Below are positions 39,050 through 51,999 of a stretch of DNA of 64,000 nt, piece by piece (positions within the stretch are counted from its first letter, which is position 1; each line of letters begins with the position of its first letter). Below the pieces are notes generated by a model. That model was not told the origin of the DNA and ran no database searches. It saw only the letters and a program-made list of their open reading frames with translations. This DNA comes from Felis catus (Eukaryota): assembly GCF_018350175.1 (NCBI RefSeq), contig NC_058369.1, positions 21,640,001 to 21,704,000 of the forward strand, written 5' to 3'. Position numbers and translations under genes: made by a program.

Positions 39050-39903
39050 AATCAATAGTGACTCTAATCTTTTTTCATAGAGAGAATTTCTGAGATTTTG
39101 CCAGCGACAGAAAGAAAGTCTTGGTCATAAATCACTGGTGGTGATGTGAAGGGCAGTGAGTTTTTACAGGGTCCCCGTACTAGTCTGATCCATTTGAACA
39201 ACAGAGTTAGGAACCAAACAAAGGACACCTGAGTGTGTGCCTATAGAGCATTATATCCGGGATAGAAAGTGCCACAGTGGCCCCCAAAGCCTAAGGCCTC
39301 ATGGCTATAGGCAGAGGTATGGCTCTGACAATAGGAGAAAAGGACAAGATATGACCACACAGAGCAAGGGGACCTCTTGGTCACCCTGAGACTGGTGACC
39401 AATGAGAGCTCTTATGAGAGAAGCTGAGGCTCTGAGTGGCAGCTCTGGCCAAAAGCATCTCAGGACAGGCAATAGGCAATAGGCAATAGGCTGGTGGCCG
39501 TTACAGAGGCCGCTGCAGCCCAGGTCAGCAAGGCTTGTCTGCCATCTTTCCCGGGTGGGCAATATTTAGGTGGACCCTCTTGCACCTGCATGAGTAAGAG
39601 CTGAGATTTTCCCTCATCAACAGGCCATGTGTGATGAAGTCAGAGTGGCAACAGCCGTGGAGACAGACCTTAGCTGGGCTAAGGTCTCTCTGAGGATGTC
39701 CAAGGATCATGCTGCTATCCAGTGCTTCTGTCCAACATTGGGAAGGAGGAGACTGAACTGTATGTTAAGCAGAGGGCCGGCCAGATAAAGGTTGTCAAAG
39801 CAGAGACCTGAGAATCTGGGGAAGACCAGATGGCAAGAGGCCCAAACTGCTTTCAAATCTGAACACCTAAGAGATTTGGTCCTCTTCCTTCCTGCTTGCT
39901 TGC

Positions 39904-40235
39904 TTTATTTATTTATTTTTTTAAGATTTTTTTTAAGTTTACTTATTTTGAAAGAGAGAGAGACAGAACCAGTGGGTGAGGGGCCGAGAAAGGGTGGGGG
40001 GGACAGAGAAAGCAGGCTCCGTGCTGACAGCAGTGAGTGAGCCTGATGTGGGGCTCGAACCCAAGAACCATGAGGTCATGACCCAAGCTGAAGTCAGATG
40101 CTCAACCAACTAAGCCACCCAGGTGCCCCTAGGATTTTATTTTTAAGTAATCTCTACACCCAATATGGGACTTAAATTTACAACCCTGAGATCACAGAGT
40201 CACACACTTGACCCACTGAGCCAGTCAGGTGCCCC
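39904..40235 (-). mobile_element. Can-SINE (about 39927-40129) nested in the tail of an older short Can-SINE
   Basis: Two consecutive reverse heads (aggtgcccc ending at 40129 and 40235). Confidence 0.8.
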
Positions 40236-41124
40236 CCTTCCCACTTTTAAAACAGTATTTCTCAAAATACGATCCCTGCTTCAAAATCACCTAAGGAACT
40301 TGTCAAAATCCTGATTTCTGGACCTCTTCTCAGCCCCACCTAGTGCAAAACTCCCCCAGATGATTCCTTTGCCCTTCAAAGTTTGAGAACCTTCTCTAAG
40401 CTCTGAAAACAGAGCCCAGAGCATACGTTTGGTGGGTATTCGATGTAAAATGCTGTCTGGAACATATGGTCTTGTTTATGAGGACATGAAGATACACCTG
40501 AGAAGCTGAGCTAACCTGAGCATTCACATCACTTCATAGACTTTTATGTCATTTGTGAATACAGAATATGCGTGGGTGCCCTTGAACAGAAAAGAGAGTA
40601 GAAGGAACAAATGGAGTCTAAAAGACAAAGCAAGCAGCTTTCTAAGAGCTGCCAAGGGACTCATGACAAGGATGCACACTGTCACCCTAACCACCATTTT
40701 CCAATTATAAAAGTCACTGAGGAGGGAAGGCAGGCTGCTCCAGCCTTGCAATTACGAAGCACATCCTCACCAGCCGCGGGATTCCTGCTTCCTGTGCTGT
40801 CAGCAGGACAAGAACACCGGATTATACCTGAGACAGGGTTTGCAGTGAATTACTCCCACTCCTTTCCTGGGTTCTAAGAGCAGACAAACCGGAACAGCTG
40901 GCAGAGAAATGTGCATTTGGAGGCTGCTAATGGAAAACACTCCATGGGTCCATTAAAAGTAGCATTGCCTGCTCATTCCCCCATCCCAGCGTGCTCTTCC
41001 TCAGCCCACTGCTAGAACACTCCACTTCCAGTAAAGGCCCCTGTTTCCAAAATCTGAGGGTGACACACAGGTGCCCTGACTGGGGACGTGAGCTGTGGGC
41101 AAGGCCAGGGTACTCCCTTCTTAC

Positions 41125-41210
41125 CTCACGTTCACTATGCCAACAATTTCCTTTGACAGGAAGCGAAGAATAAATGCATTCAAGACAAAGGTGATCAATC
41201 GAAACAACAC
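41125..41210 (-). CDS. RFT1: RFT1 exon 2 (VLFRLITFVLNAFILRFLSKEIVGIVNV-R)
   Basis: Acceptor ttctctgtag|GTG, donor GAG|gtaag; 86 nt. Confidence 0.97.
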
Positions 41211-42407
41211 CTACAGAGAAAGAAGAAAAATACATGAGAATAAATTATGTTGGGAACATTTATTTTGTTGAAATGAAAACAATGTGGCTGCTCTTTCTAA
41301 TAACACACTGATGTACGGCAGCTCTGCCATAGAGACCCTCCTGAAGACCTACCACCTGTCTGTTTCTGCTGAAATTTCATTCCTGGAGGGGTCCCCTGGC
41401 ACTCCTGTGCAATGGTAGAACAGTGCACAAAGGCACTTGGAAATCTCTCTAATTTACTGATAAGAGGGAGGGCCTGACAAGTCAGTGAATTCCTTTGGGC
41501 TCAAAGTCAGGCACTTCAGGAGACAGAGAATTCTAGTCAGTGCTTCACGTTGGCCCTCCCTCCAGCTTGTTGAGAAATAGCACACACTTAGCAAGTGGGA
41601 GCCTGCAGGGAATGGCAGAATCTCTAGGAATCACAGGGTCTAATCTCTCTTCTCTGCCTAGCAATATCTGGGGATTCTGATAATGACATTCAATCTCTTT
41701 CCAGCTATTACCATTTGAAAGGGATATATCCCAAGACTTCAAACCTGTCAATTCAAACCTGAGCAAAGAATTCTTCCATGAGACAGAGAACAACAGGGTG
41801 CTAAGTGGGGATGCTAAAGGGGGATGTTGAGTGGGGTGCAAACCTCAGCCCCCGTCTGCATCCAGGAAGCATGACAGGTGTACTCCACAGTGTGCTCCAG
41901 AGCAAATGACAAATCACTCTCATAGTTATCTGTGAACAGGTGCAATTTGAAAGACTCAATCAAAATATGCCAGTGGACCACAACAGTCTAAAAATCTCCA
42001 GGGAAAGGTATGACCAAAAAGGGAGAGTACAGTTTAACACTGTCCCTGAAGTGTCACAGAGCAGCAAGGTATCCAAAGCCAAGATATCACAATATGGAGT
42101 CAAAGGCGGCCTTTTGAGAGTCTGATGAAACCTCTGTAGTTCTTGGAAACATGCAGATACATACCTACTTACCAAATTTTTTACTCAAATTTAGACATTT
42201 GAAGCCAATTCATGGAGCCCTGAATGGAAAAACCACTCAGCTGAGAGTCTCAAATCACCATTTAGCTGTTAAGCCCTTCGTCTCCTAACTCTTATAAGCT
42301 TTAATTTCCTCCTGTCAAATGAGGTTACCTATCTTACAGGGTTGATAACAACCATCAAATAAGACCTTAGAGGTGAAAGCATTTTTGACAATGAAAGTGA
42401 AAGGCAT

Positions 42408-42611
42408 GGGGGCCACTGGGTGGCTCAGTCAGTTAAGCCTCTCTTGATTTTGGCTCAGGTCATGATCTCACAGTTCACGGGGTTGAGCACTGCCTGGGGC
42501 TCCCTGCTGACAGTATGGAGCCTGCTTAGGATTCTCTCTGTCCTTCTCTCCTCACCCCTTGCCCACTCATGAGCTCTCTCCCTTACAAAATAAATACATT
42601 TTTTAAAAAAA
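42408..42611 (+). mobile_element. Can-SINE
   Basis: Head gggggccactgggtggctcagtcagttaag; A tail. Confidence 0.88.
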
Positions 42612-43145
42612 TGAAAGGAATTAACACTTTCACTATGGCCAGCTCAAATTCTTTCAGGATACAATGTAATTGCAAAGCTACCTCAAGTGTCTGCATTGTA
42701 ATTTGAGAATACATCCAAGACCAGATTAAAACACTCAGGAAGCCTAGATTATGGCTGTTTTTAAAAAAATGACGTACATACAGTTAGTGTCAAATTTAAT
42801 GTCAAAGTTACCATGGTCTAAACCTAACTGGTTTGAAGAAAGGGCCGAGTTAATGAAGCTCTAATGTTGTTCATGCGACCCAGTATTTGCTCCATGTAAG
42901 TGGCCCTTAGTAGCAACACAGTCTTCATTTAACTTTGTAACGGACTTTACAGTTTTAAAAAAGCTCTTTCACATCTGTTAATTATTTGACCCTTAAAAGC
43001 AATTGGATAAATGCACAGGAAGCAAGTTAAGACTCAGAGCAAAGTGATTTGCCCAATGTCACATAATAATCATATGACCCAGCTTGACTTTATGGTAGGC
43101 CACCTGACTCCCAGTCCATTGTGTTTTCTGCTAAGACTGGTTTTC

Positions 43146-43358
43146 CTTCCTTCCTTCTTTCTTTTTTAATGTTTATTGATTTTGAGAGAAAGTGTGTATG
43201 CGCACGAGCAGGGAAGGGGCAGAGAGCGAGAATCCCAAGCAGGCTTCATGCTGTCAGCATAAAGCCCGACACGGGGCTCGACCTCACAACCTCGAGGTCA
43301 CGACCTGAGTCACTATCAAGAGTTGGACACTTAACTGACTGAGCAACCAAGGCGCCCC
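43146..43358 (-). mobile_element. Can-SINE
   Basis: TSD aagact(g/t)gttttc. Confidence 0.88.
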
Positions 43359-44499
43359 AAGACTTGTTTTCTTTTTATGAAGCCAATCTGGGCCATAAGG
43401 TATCATCAAAGCCTGAACAATCAGCACTGCAGATAAAGCAATGAACTCAGTTTTTTATGTTGTGGATAGAAGAAAAAACTTGGTACATTCAAGGTTTAGT
43501 TAATTTAGGGTTAGGTGAATGTTTATTAAGCACATGACTTGTGCAAGGAACTCTTCTACATGCTTTATGTAAATTGTTTCATTCCATTCCTATAATGACC
43601 ATTTAAGAAAATCCTTATTACTATAATAAAAATACCTAACATTCACTAAGTACTTATAATGCGCCAGGCACTTAACAGGCATGTCATCTAATCTTGCTAA
43701 TGACCCCATGAGGTTGCACTAATGTTCTCATTTAAGATGAGGAAACTGATATTCAAAGTAAAGCGATTTTCAAAAGGGCAGGGAACTACCAAGTGACAAG
43801 GACCAAACCTGAGCTCACATGTGCCTGGTTCTCTCTCTTAATATCCAAGTGAAATGCTGCCTCTAAAATACAGGGGAAGGGTGGATTCAGGACTCTTCTG
43901 AATAAGGGCTGAACTGAGCCACTTAGAATGACTAACTCCTAGTGTTAAAAGAATCTTTAGACACCATTTGGACCAACTGGTATGTACCTTAAATGACAGA
44001 TGATGAAAATTAGGGCCAGGAAGGGGAAGTGACTTATCTAAGGTCACATAGCCAGAAGGAAAATGCATTTACTAAGTGCCCACCAAGAGCCAGGTACAGC
44101 ATTAAATACAATCATCTGAATGACTTCAGTCAAGCCTCATAGAAACTTTATGAGCTAGGTACTATTATTACCCCAATTTTCCCGATGAGGAGCTGAGGCT
44201 TAGCAAAAGAAATCCTTTGTCTTGGTTCATGCAGAAAGCACGTAGTAGAACCAGGTTTCCAATCTAGGGCTGTCTAAGCCCAGGTATCTCTTTCTTAGCT
44301 ATGCCATACTGTCTCTATGAACTCAGTCAGAGTCAGAGAGCTTGAAGATGTTTGAGGGTCAGCGGTGGGGGAAGGAGAGAGTGAACTCCTTGCCTTAAAA
44401 ATATCCAATTCTAGAGCACCAAAGGCGCCCCTGCCACCTGACCTAACCCTGTCCTACTACCATATGGGAAATATAACGCTCAGAAGGAAAACGACTTGT

Positions 44500-44945
44500 T
44501 TGTAGTCTCCCAGCCAGGCCTCTGAACTCCTGCCCAGGTGCCGGTTCTCCGCCGCCACCGTCTCCTGTTGAACCCTCAGTAGTGGGGGTCCACGCCGGGA
44601 CTGGGTGTGCCCCGAAGCGCGCTCTCAAGGGCCCCAGGACCGCCTCCCCGCGCCTCCGGACTGCGGGTTGGTCTGCTGCCGGCGGGGCAGAATACCTGCA
44701 GGAGCAGACCGGAGGAGGCCAGCCGGGCCGCCTGGCCCAGCACCTCTCGGCTGCCCATCTCCTCTGCGCCCCGCCTCGGTCACCAGGAAACGCCGCCGCC
44801 GCCAGCCGGCCTAGTCGCGGGGAGATAGCGTCATGGGGCGGCTCGCTCTCTGATTGGTGATTTGGGGGCGGCGGGGACGAGGCAAGAAACGTTCTGGCCC
44901 TTTAAGTGAGCGGCTTGAGTGACGTCAGTGTTCCTGCGCCGCATC
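44500..44945. promoter_or_regulatory. CpG-island promoter of RFT1
   Basis: Dense CpG around exon 1; GC boxes at 44835-44841 and 44864-44876; CCAAT on minus (attgg 44853-44857); perfect CRE TGACGTCA at 44920-44927. Confidence 0.9.
44696..44758 (-). CDS. RFT1: RFT1 coding exon 1 (MGSREVLGQAARLASSGLLLQ)
   Basis: ATG in good Kozak context (GAGATGG); donor CAG|gtatt; 63 nt; inside CpG island. Confidence 0.97.
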
Positions 44946-45783
44946 CCTTTTCCCTTTTGTGTGAGCTCAGGCGTTTTCTGTGCCTGTCCCTCCCCGTCCC
45001 AAATAAGTTAGGAGAAGCTGTTAAAGTAGCCCAAAGCCTCTTCCCTGAGGCTCTCAGCCTGCTAACCAAGAAACACTGATTTCTCCGGCCTTGTTAATAA
45101 GATTCTTCCCTTTTGGCCTTGATTACAAAGTTGCGCCACAGCCCCCTAAATGAGGCAGGACAGGAATTGTCCCTGTTTTACAAAGAAAGGACTGAGGACC
45201 AGAAGTTAAGTGCAGCATTTTTTCACGTGTGTGCTCTTGTGTAATCCTTCCTAAACTTCTGAGAATTGGGTCCTGTTGTCAGAGGAGCAAGGGGAGACAG
45301 TGGAGATGTAAGACGACTTGTTCAAGACTGCACAACTTTTGCCTCAGTGGAGCGGACCCTGGGCTCCTGATCCTAAACTTGCAGCGTTTGCTCGCATGTT
45401 CCAGCTGTGAGGACAGAGCAGAGGAATGGCTGGGAATTGCTTTGTAAAACGTAAGGCACCCAACACACAGCATCAGCTGCTCTGTCCTTGTTCTTACTAT
45501 CTACTGTGCATCCCTAGGGAGGGCACTTTCCCAGTCTCTTTTAGGCTTTCCGTGATTTGACCCCAGCCTACCTTCTGAACCACCTTTCAGACCATCACCG
45601 CCATTCCCCAGCACTCTCCAGGCCTAGCCATCGGAGCCCTTACCATTCCTCAAACAGGCCCTCTCTCATTGGCCTTTATTCCTGTTGCCCTCTGCCCAAA
45701 GCACCTTCTCTGATGGCATTCCCCCTGCAACCACTCTCCAAGACCCCATTGTCCAGGATTTCCCGAGTAATACAGTCAGCACC

Positions 45784-46125
45784 TGCTGTGGACTGGATGT
45801 TGTTGCCCTCCCCAAATTCATCTGTTTAAGCCCTAATTCCCAACGTGATGGTATTTGGAGGTGGCGCGTTTGGGAGGTAATTAGGTCATGAGTGGGGTAC
45901 CCTCGTGAATAGGGTTAGTGCCCTTTTAAGAAGAGACAAGAGAGAGAGGAATAGGAATGCTGTCTCTCTGCCATGTGAGGATACAGCAAGAAGGCAGCCA
46001 TCTACAAACCAGCCAGCACTTTATCCTGGACTTTCCAGCCTCCAGAACTGCAAGAAATAAATTCCTGTTGTTTAAGCCACCTAGTCCATGTTATTTTGTG
46101 ATAGCAGTCTAAGCAGACTACGACA
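45784..46125 (+). mobile_element. Solo MaLR (MLT1-type) LTR
   Basis: TG...CA termini (tgctgtggactg...cagactacgaca), internal AATAAA at 46056-46061, exact 5-bp TSD GCACC. Confidence 0.9.
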
Positions 46126-46517
46126 GCACCTGGAAAGCACTTTGTGAACTTTATAGCTTCTAGTGCAGTCTGCTTTGCAGTGAAGAGGCTAGAATGTGTG
46201 TCTCTGTCTAAACAGCCCATGAGCTGAATTCAAGAAGGCAAGAGTGAAGCCCACCTGACTTTGCCTCCTGCAGCAGTGCTGGAGAAGGCTCCTAGGAGTT
46301 CCATAAATGCCTCCTGCCCTGTTATAGCTGCTATTGCTGCTGGAAGCAGACTATGGGACTCAAGGCCTATGCCTTCTCCTCCCCCACTCCATCTTGCCAG
46401 GTTCATCAAGCTCTGTCTTATGGTAGGGGTTCAGAATGTATTTGACTATGAGACAGACCTGGCCCTGAATCTTCATTCTGCTACTCACTAACCTGGTGAC
46501 TTCAGTATGCTCACCAA

Positions 46518-46749
46518 TTTTTTTAAATTTCTAATGTTTATTTACTTTTGAGAGAGAGACAGACACAGAGAGAGACAGACAGAGAATGAGCAGGGGAGGG
46601 GCAGAGAGAGGGAGACACGGAATCCAAAGCAGGCTCCAGGCTCTGAGCTGTCAGCACAGAGACTGACACGGGGCTTGAACTCATGAACTGTGAGGTCATG
46701 ACCTGAGCTAAAGTCAGACCCTTAACCAACTGAGCCACCCAGGTGTCCC
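46518..46749 (-). mobile_element. Can-SINE
   Basis: TSD agtatgctcacc. Confidence 0.92.
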
Positions 46750-46891
46750 AGTATGCTCACCTATTAAATAAGAGAGATTATCTATCCATCTGTTCTGCGA
46801 AGGTAATCACAAAACAGACAAAAGTCTAGCCCTTAAGGAACTTAAATTCTAGTGGAAGGGATACCGAAAAAATCCTAATAATAAAATTTCA

Positions 46892-47088
46892 GGGTGCCTG
46901 AGTGGCTTAGTTGGTTAAGCGTCTGACTCTTGACTTCGGCTCAGGTCATGATCTCAAGGTTTGTGAGTTTGGGCCCTACATGGGGCTCAGTGCAGAGCCT
47001 GCTTGGGATTCTCTCCTCTCTCTATGTTGCTCCCCTGCTTGCAGTCTCTTTCTCTCAAAATAAATAGACATTTAAAGACATAAATAAA
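46892..47088 (+). mobile_element. Can-SINE
   Basis: TSD aataaaatttca. Confidence 0.9.
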
Positions 47089-47950
47089 AATAAAATTTCA
47101 CATAGTGATAAGTGCTATGAAAAAAATGAAATAAATAAGGTAATAGAGGTTTTTGGAGCGGGAGAGAGGATGCTGTTCTGGAAGGCAGAGTAAATCAACA
47201 TGTGGGAGAGGAGTGTACCTAGAGAGGAGGGAAAAAAATGCTAGGAGGCTGGGGTATCTGGCCCAATGGCTGCGATGCCCCAGGGCTTGACCTGGGCAGG
47301 CTGTCCACCGCCATGGAGCTTGGGCTGGCAGGCAAGGTAGGCTCCCACTCCTTTTATTCCCAGCCAAGCAGCCACTTCCTCCATAGCTCATCCCTGAAGC
47401 AGAACCAACCAAGAGCTCTTCATGTCCACATACTCCTAACCCTGGGCAACCTTCTGGGCTGGTCTAGGAGGGACAAGGAGATCATTTCGCTGGGGGCAAA
47501 GAAGCCAAAAGGGAAATGCTCCAAGTGAAGTCCGGAGGGCAAAGCCTCATGGGAGTCCAGGATACAGACCCCGAGGGGATCCTGGGCATGGAGTTGGGGG
47601 CCTTTTCTCTCATTCTGGAAGTTAGGACTTAGTGAGGAGAGAATGAGCACACACTTTGTGCCCAGAGCCATACTGGGTGCTGGGGTGGGTGGGGGAAAGG
47701 ACTGTGCTCAGTGTCAATGAGCACTGACCACTGGCTCCATGTCAGGCACTCGCGTGTGCACTGTACATGCGTGTTTCAACTCCTTTGAACTCATGGGGTG
47801 GGTATTACAATGGAGGACAACGGAGCACAGAGACGTTAGTGACTCACCCGAGGTCATTCAGCTAGGGAGCAGTCAAGCTGCTATTTGAACCCAGATGCTT
47901 TCTGACTGAATGCTTGAAGATGTTCCTGCCCTCAAAAACTTCTGGTCTCA

Positions 47951-48181
47951 GGGGCACCTGGGTGGCTCAGTCGGTTGAGCATCTGACTTCAGCTCAGGTC
48001 ATGATCTCATGGTTTGTGAGTTCGGGCCCTGCATTGGGCTCTGTGCTGACAGCTCAGAGCCTGGAGCCTGCTTCCGAGACTCTGCTTCAGGTTCTGTGTC
48101 TTCCTCTTTCTCTCTGCCCCTCCCCCACTTGTGCTTTCTGTCTCTCAAAAATAAATGAATAAACTTGAAAAAAAAAAAAAA
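47951..48181 (+). mobile_element. Can-SINE
   Basis: Head, CT tract and A tail; small internal duplication (ctgcttccgagactctgcttcag). Confidence 0.92.
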
Positions 48182-48404
48182 GCTGCAAGTCCCAAAGGAG
48201 ACCTAAGAGTCTGCATATCTAAACCACAAGGAACTTATGTGGCATTGAAGGGATGGACTCTGGGAGGGCTGCAGTGGTTGAGCGGCCGTGGGCTTGGAGG
48301 CTTCCCTCACCTCCGTGCTGAGCCTCTCCAAAGGCCTTTCCTCTCCTAACAGCATTGGCACCAACAGGGCATGGCATACCCCACGGTTTTTTTGTGGAGG
48401 GCTA

Positions 48405-48717
48405 AGCTCACGATGGTGAACGGCTATCTGCTGGCTGTTGCCTGTTTTATCCAGCCTGTGAACTAAAAATCGTTTTTACACGTTCAAACTGTTGGGGGAA
48501 AAAAATCAAAAGAAGAATATTTTATGACACATGAAAATGATATGAAATTCAAATTCCAGTGTCTGCAAATTAAGTGTTACTGGAACATAGCCACATCTAC
48601 CCATTTGTCTGCATACTATCTACAGCTACTGTCTTGCTACAAGAGCAGACGAGTGTGACCCGAAAAGCTGAAAATATTTGCTATCTGGCCTTTTACAGAA
48701 AAAGTTTGCCAATCCTG
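48405..48717. mobile_element. MER58-like hAT-Charlie MITE
   Basis: aaaaatcaaaagaagaatattttatgacacatgaaaatgatatgaaattcaaatt...tatctggccttttacagaaaaagtttgccaatcctg. Confidence 0.8.
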
Positions 48718-49165
48718 GTGATCACCGTCAAGCCTCAGTGCCTGACACGCATTAGACATTTTGCTATTGAATGAGTGAATGCATGGATAAATGAATGATG
48801 AAACTCTAGGAAAAGCAGGAAGACAAGAAGTGTTCTTTCTCAGGGGTCACCTGGTTTGAGGAACCAGTGAGAACACCAGACTATAATCGGCGGTCACTGA
48901 AGGATCTGTTTCCCCAGGCTTTCCCACCTCTGTCCTGCCCTCTGTGCCAGGTGGCCTCCCTGCCAAGGAAAGCTGACCCAAACAGGCTATTTTATTACAA
49001 AGCTAGAGGGAGTGCCAGGGCTGACGCCAAGCCAGCTAGGCTCCCCAGGCAGCAGGCAAGGAGGGGGGCTGCCAGGCGGTGGCGAGGCAGGGGGGAAGCT
49101 AGGGCAAGTGGTGCCCCTGGCCTCTACAGAGTGGAGACAGAGCTGGGCACGGTCCCATACACCAG

Positions 49166-49179
49166 CCGCTAGGTGGCAG
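49166..49179 (+). promoter_or_regulatory. CTCF consensus motif upstream of RFT1
   Basis: CCGCTAGGTGGCAG in a GC-rich non-repeat patch. Confidence 0.55.
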
Positions 49180-50494
49180 GTGTCTTGGGTGAGGGCCCTG
49201 CTCTACCAAGGTTTCTTGCTTGCCCGGAGGACCTCCCCCAGGGGCCCCTCCCCACAGGAAAACCTCAAGGCTCTGCCCCTCATTCAGAACTCCCGGACAT
49301 GAGAACGTGGCTGTGCGACTAATAGTCCGTATTTGTTGACCCCATGCCGGCACTGTGCCGGGCACTTCGCTTTCATGATCTCATTTTACTCCCACAGCAG
49401 CCCCACGAGGTAGGCACCATTATTATTATCCCCATTTTACAGACCAGGAAACTGAGGCTCAGTGAAATTAAGGGACTTGCTGAAGGGCTAGTAAATGGTG
49501 ATGCTGGAATTTGACCCTGGCAGTATGGCTCTCAGACTCCAAACCAGGACTAAACTAGAGTGTTTATTGATAATGCTGACTCCTCAGCAGTTCTGATTCA
49601 AGAAGGCTGGGGTGGGCCTGGGAATATATGCATGAACCAGCACCCTAGATGGTTCTGATACAGTGCACCAGGCTCCGAGAAGCACTGCTTAAGGGCAGTT
49701 CTTCAGGCACCCTGGAAAATCTCCTTCGATGAGCTGAGAGAGTCTGTCTGCTTAAAGCAGGCAAAGTAAGTCCTGAGATCTGCCCTCAGGCTTGTCCAGG
49801 CTGCAGGGGTTTGCTGTCAGGATTCAGCTCTGGGTCAGTGGGCAGGGCAGCAGGGGCTGGAGGCAGTGCCTAGGTGACGGTCTTGGAGAAATTCCAGGCC
49901 AGAAAGGGTGTACAGTGCAGCACTGGGGGCCCAGGGTTTGCCCATGGGTTGAGGGTGAGCAGCCCCAGACCCCTGGTTTTGCTGGCTCCTCTGGTCATTG
50001 ACTTGTGCAGAGATAAGAGGGTAACCTGACATGCTCAGTGTGGTTCACTTCAAAACAGCCTCTATTTAAGAGTCACCGCCTCCCCTGTGCTGTTCGTTGG
50101 GAGGGGGCATGAGGGTGAATGAGCCATAACCACTGTCCTCTCAGAACCCCAGTGTCCCTCTCCAGGAAAACACAAGAGTGATACGAGGCCCACTGAGGTG
50201 GAAAAAACGGGCCGGGAGAATTCAGGGGGAGGGGTCAGATCTTTCTGGCTGGGACATCAGGGAAGCTTTCTGGCCAGGGCTGTTTTTGAGCTGTGCCTGA
50301 AAGGGCAAGAGGGCTTGGTCAAACAGAGGGACGTGCTGAGCCCAGAGAGCAGTAGCAGTGAGGGCTCATAGGAGGCAACTGGCAGAGCCCTTTGGGGGAT
50401 TTAGGAATAGACTCTGACCGCCCTGGAGTGCAGACTTCTATGACTGGTCTGGGGCCTAGTGCTGGACTGAGGGCTCCGTGAAGAACAAGTTCAA

Positions 50495-50765
50495 GGGTGT
50501 GGACACATATGTGTGAAAGAATACAAGTTCAGGTACATGTGTCCATATGCATGCGGGGAAGGCAAGTGTGCACGTGCATGTGTGAGCAGGTGATTTGCCA
50601 GGGTCTGCCTTCAGATACGAGTCTGTGTAAGGACGCATGTAGACATGCACATGATGGCTACATGCTTGCGAGTTCACATGTGCATATGAATATGGTCACG
50701 TGCAGTGCAGGCACCGTGTGAGGATCTGAAGGTGTGGATGCATGCAGGTAGACAAATACGCGTGC
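50495..50765. repeat. Degenerate (TG/CA)-rich low-complexity tract
   Basis: Runs of alternating purine-pyrimidine tgtg/catg. Confidence 0.7.
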
Positions 50766-51999
50766 TGCTCTGGGAGTCAGCCTTCAGGCTGATTCTGGGT
50801 CCTTAGACCCTGTGAGTGTAGTAATGGTTAATGTTGTAGAGTCAGGCCCCCACTTGCCATGCATCACTTCAATTCATCCTCTCATCAATCTTATGAGGTG
50901 GGCTTACAATAGTTATATAATAATCTCAGTTGTTATTATCCCCATTTTACAGAGGAAGAAGCGGAGGCTCAGGAGAGTAAAGTGATTTGCTTAGGGTTAC
51001 TCAGCCACCAGGTAGCAGAGCCAAGGCTAAGCCCAGGCTGTGGGACCCCAGAGGCCTACCCCTTACCATTTCCTCCAAGCAACTGCTAAGCAATTTGTGA
51101 AGTTCCTGGGGAGGAGATGCCCTGGTGTTTAGCTGGCCTGGATGTGGCGCAGACACCCAGAGCTACTCATGGGCTAAATAGGAAGGCGCTGTCCCTGGGG
51201 CCTGGCTCTTGGGACCCATGGCTACACACGTACAAAGGTCACACAGAGGTGAAATGGAGCAGCCCTTGTTTATCCAAAACCCCAAAGAATTTGGGCTGGA
51301 GCCAGCGAGAGGCCCCTAGCCTGAGCAATGCTGTGTGTCCTGCTCTTTAGAACAGCAGCCCAGCATAGAGAGTTGTCCCAGACTCCACTGTGCTAGTTTC
51401 TTGAAGGCCTGAAGGCCTGCTGTGAAGCACCTGCCCCTGAACAAGGCCAGGATCCCGGACTGAGGACCATTGGTGGAGCTGGGAAGCAGGGCAGGCCCTC
51501 CCTGGGCCCCACCAGCCCGTTAGCTGCTGCAGCACCAAGCACCAACTTGCATTCCTGTCTTTCTTCCTGCAGTCGGCTGGCTGGCCATGTTACAAAACAA
51601 AACAAACAGCAACACACAAAAGGGTCTCTCCAAATCATTGTCCCTACCTTTTGGAGGTGGGCTGATCTGAGGTCAAATGCCTTTGGGGCAACTCATCTCA
51701 CTTCTCTGAGCCTCCCTTCCTCATCTGTATAATGCGGGTAATAATAGCCCCTGCCCCGTGGGTTACAGTGAGAACTGAATGAGGTCATGCATGGAGAGGC
51801 CGCCATACCACTAGGCACATGGAATGAGCATGCCTCATCAACAGGAGCCATCAGTGACATTTTCACCGGATTTGCTACGACGGGGCTGACGTCATTTCTC
51901 CCTGTGACCTTGACAAAGCATTGAATCTTTCTGGACCTCCATCCCCCACCCCCATAGAGATTTTTTTTACTTTTTTTTTTTTTTTGGTTAGCCTTATTT

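Noticed and set aside
39377..39402. Hairpin ttggtcacc-N8-ggtgaccaa
   Set aside because: A 9-bp stem is expected by chance in 64 kb and does not extend to a pre-miRNA-length fold.
41650..42135. Possible ancient RT fossil on the minus strand (KAAFDSI-like motif near 42095-42115)
   Set aside because: It needs several frameshifts, and the expected downstream QG and YADD motifs are not present at the right spacing. A Dfam/tBLASTn search against RTE/L4/CR1 would settle it.
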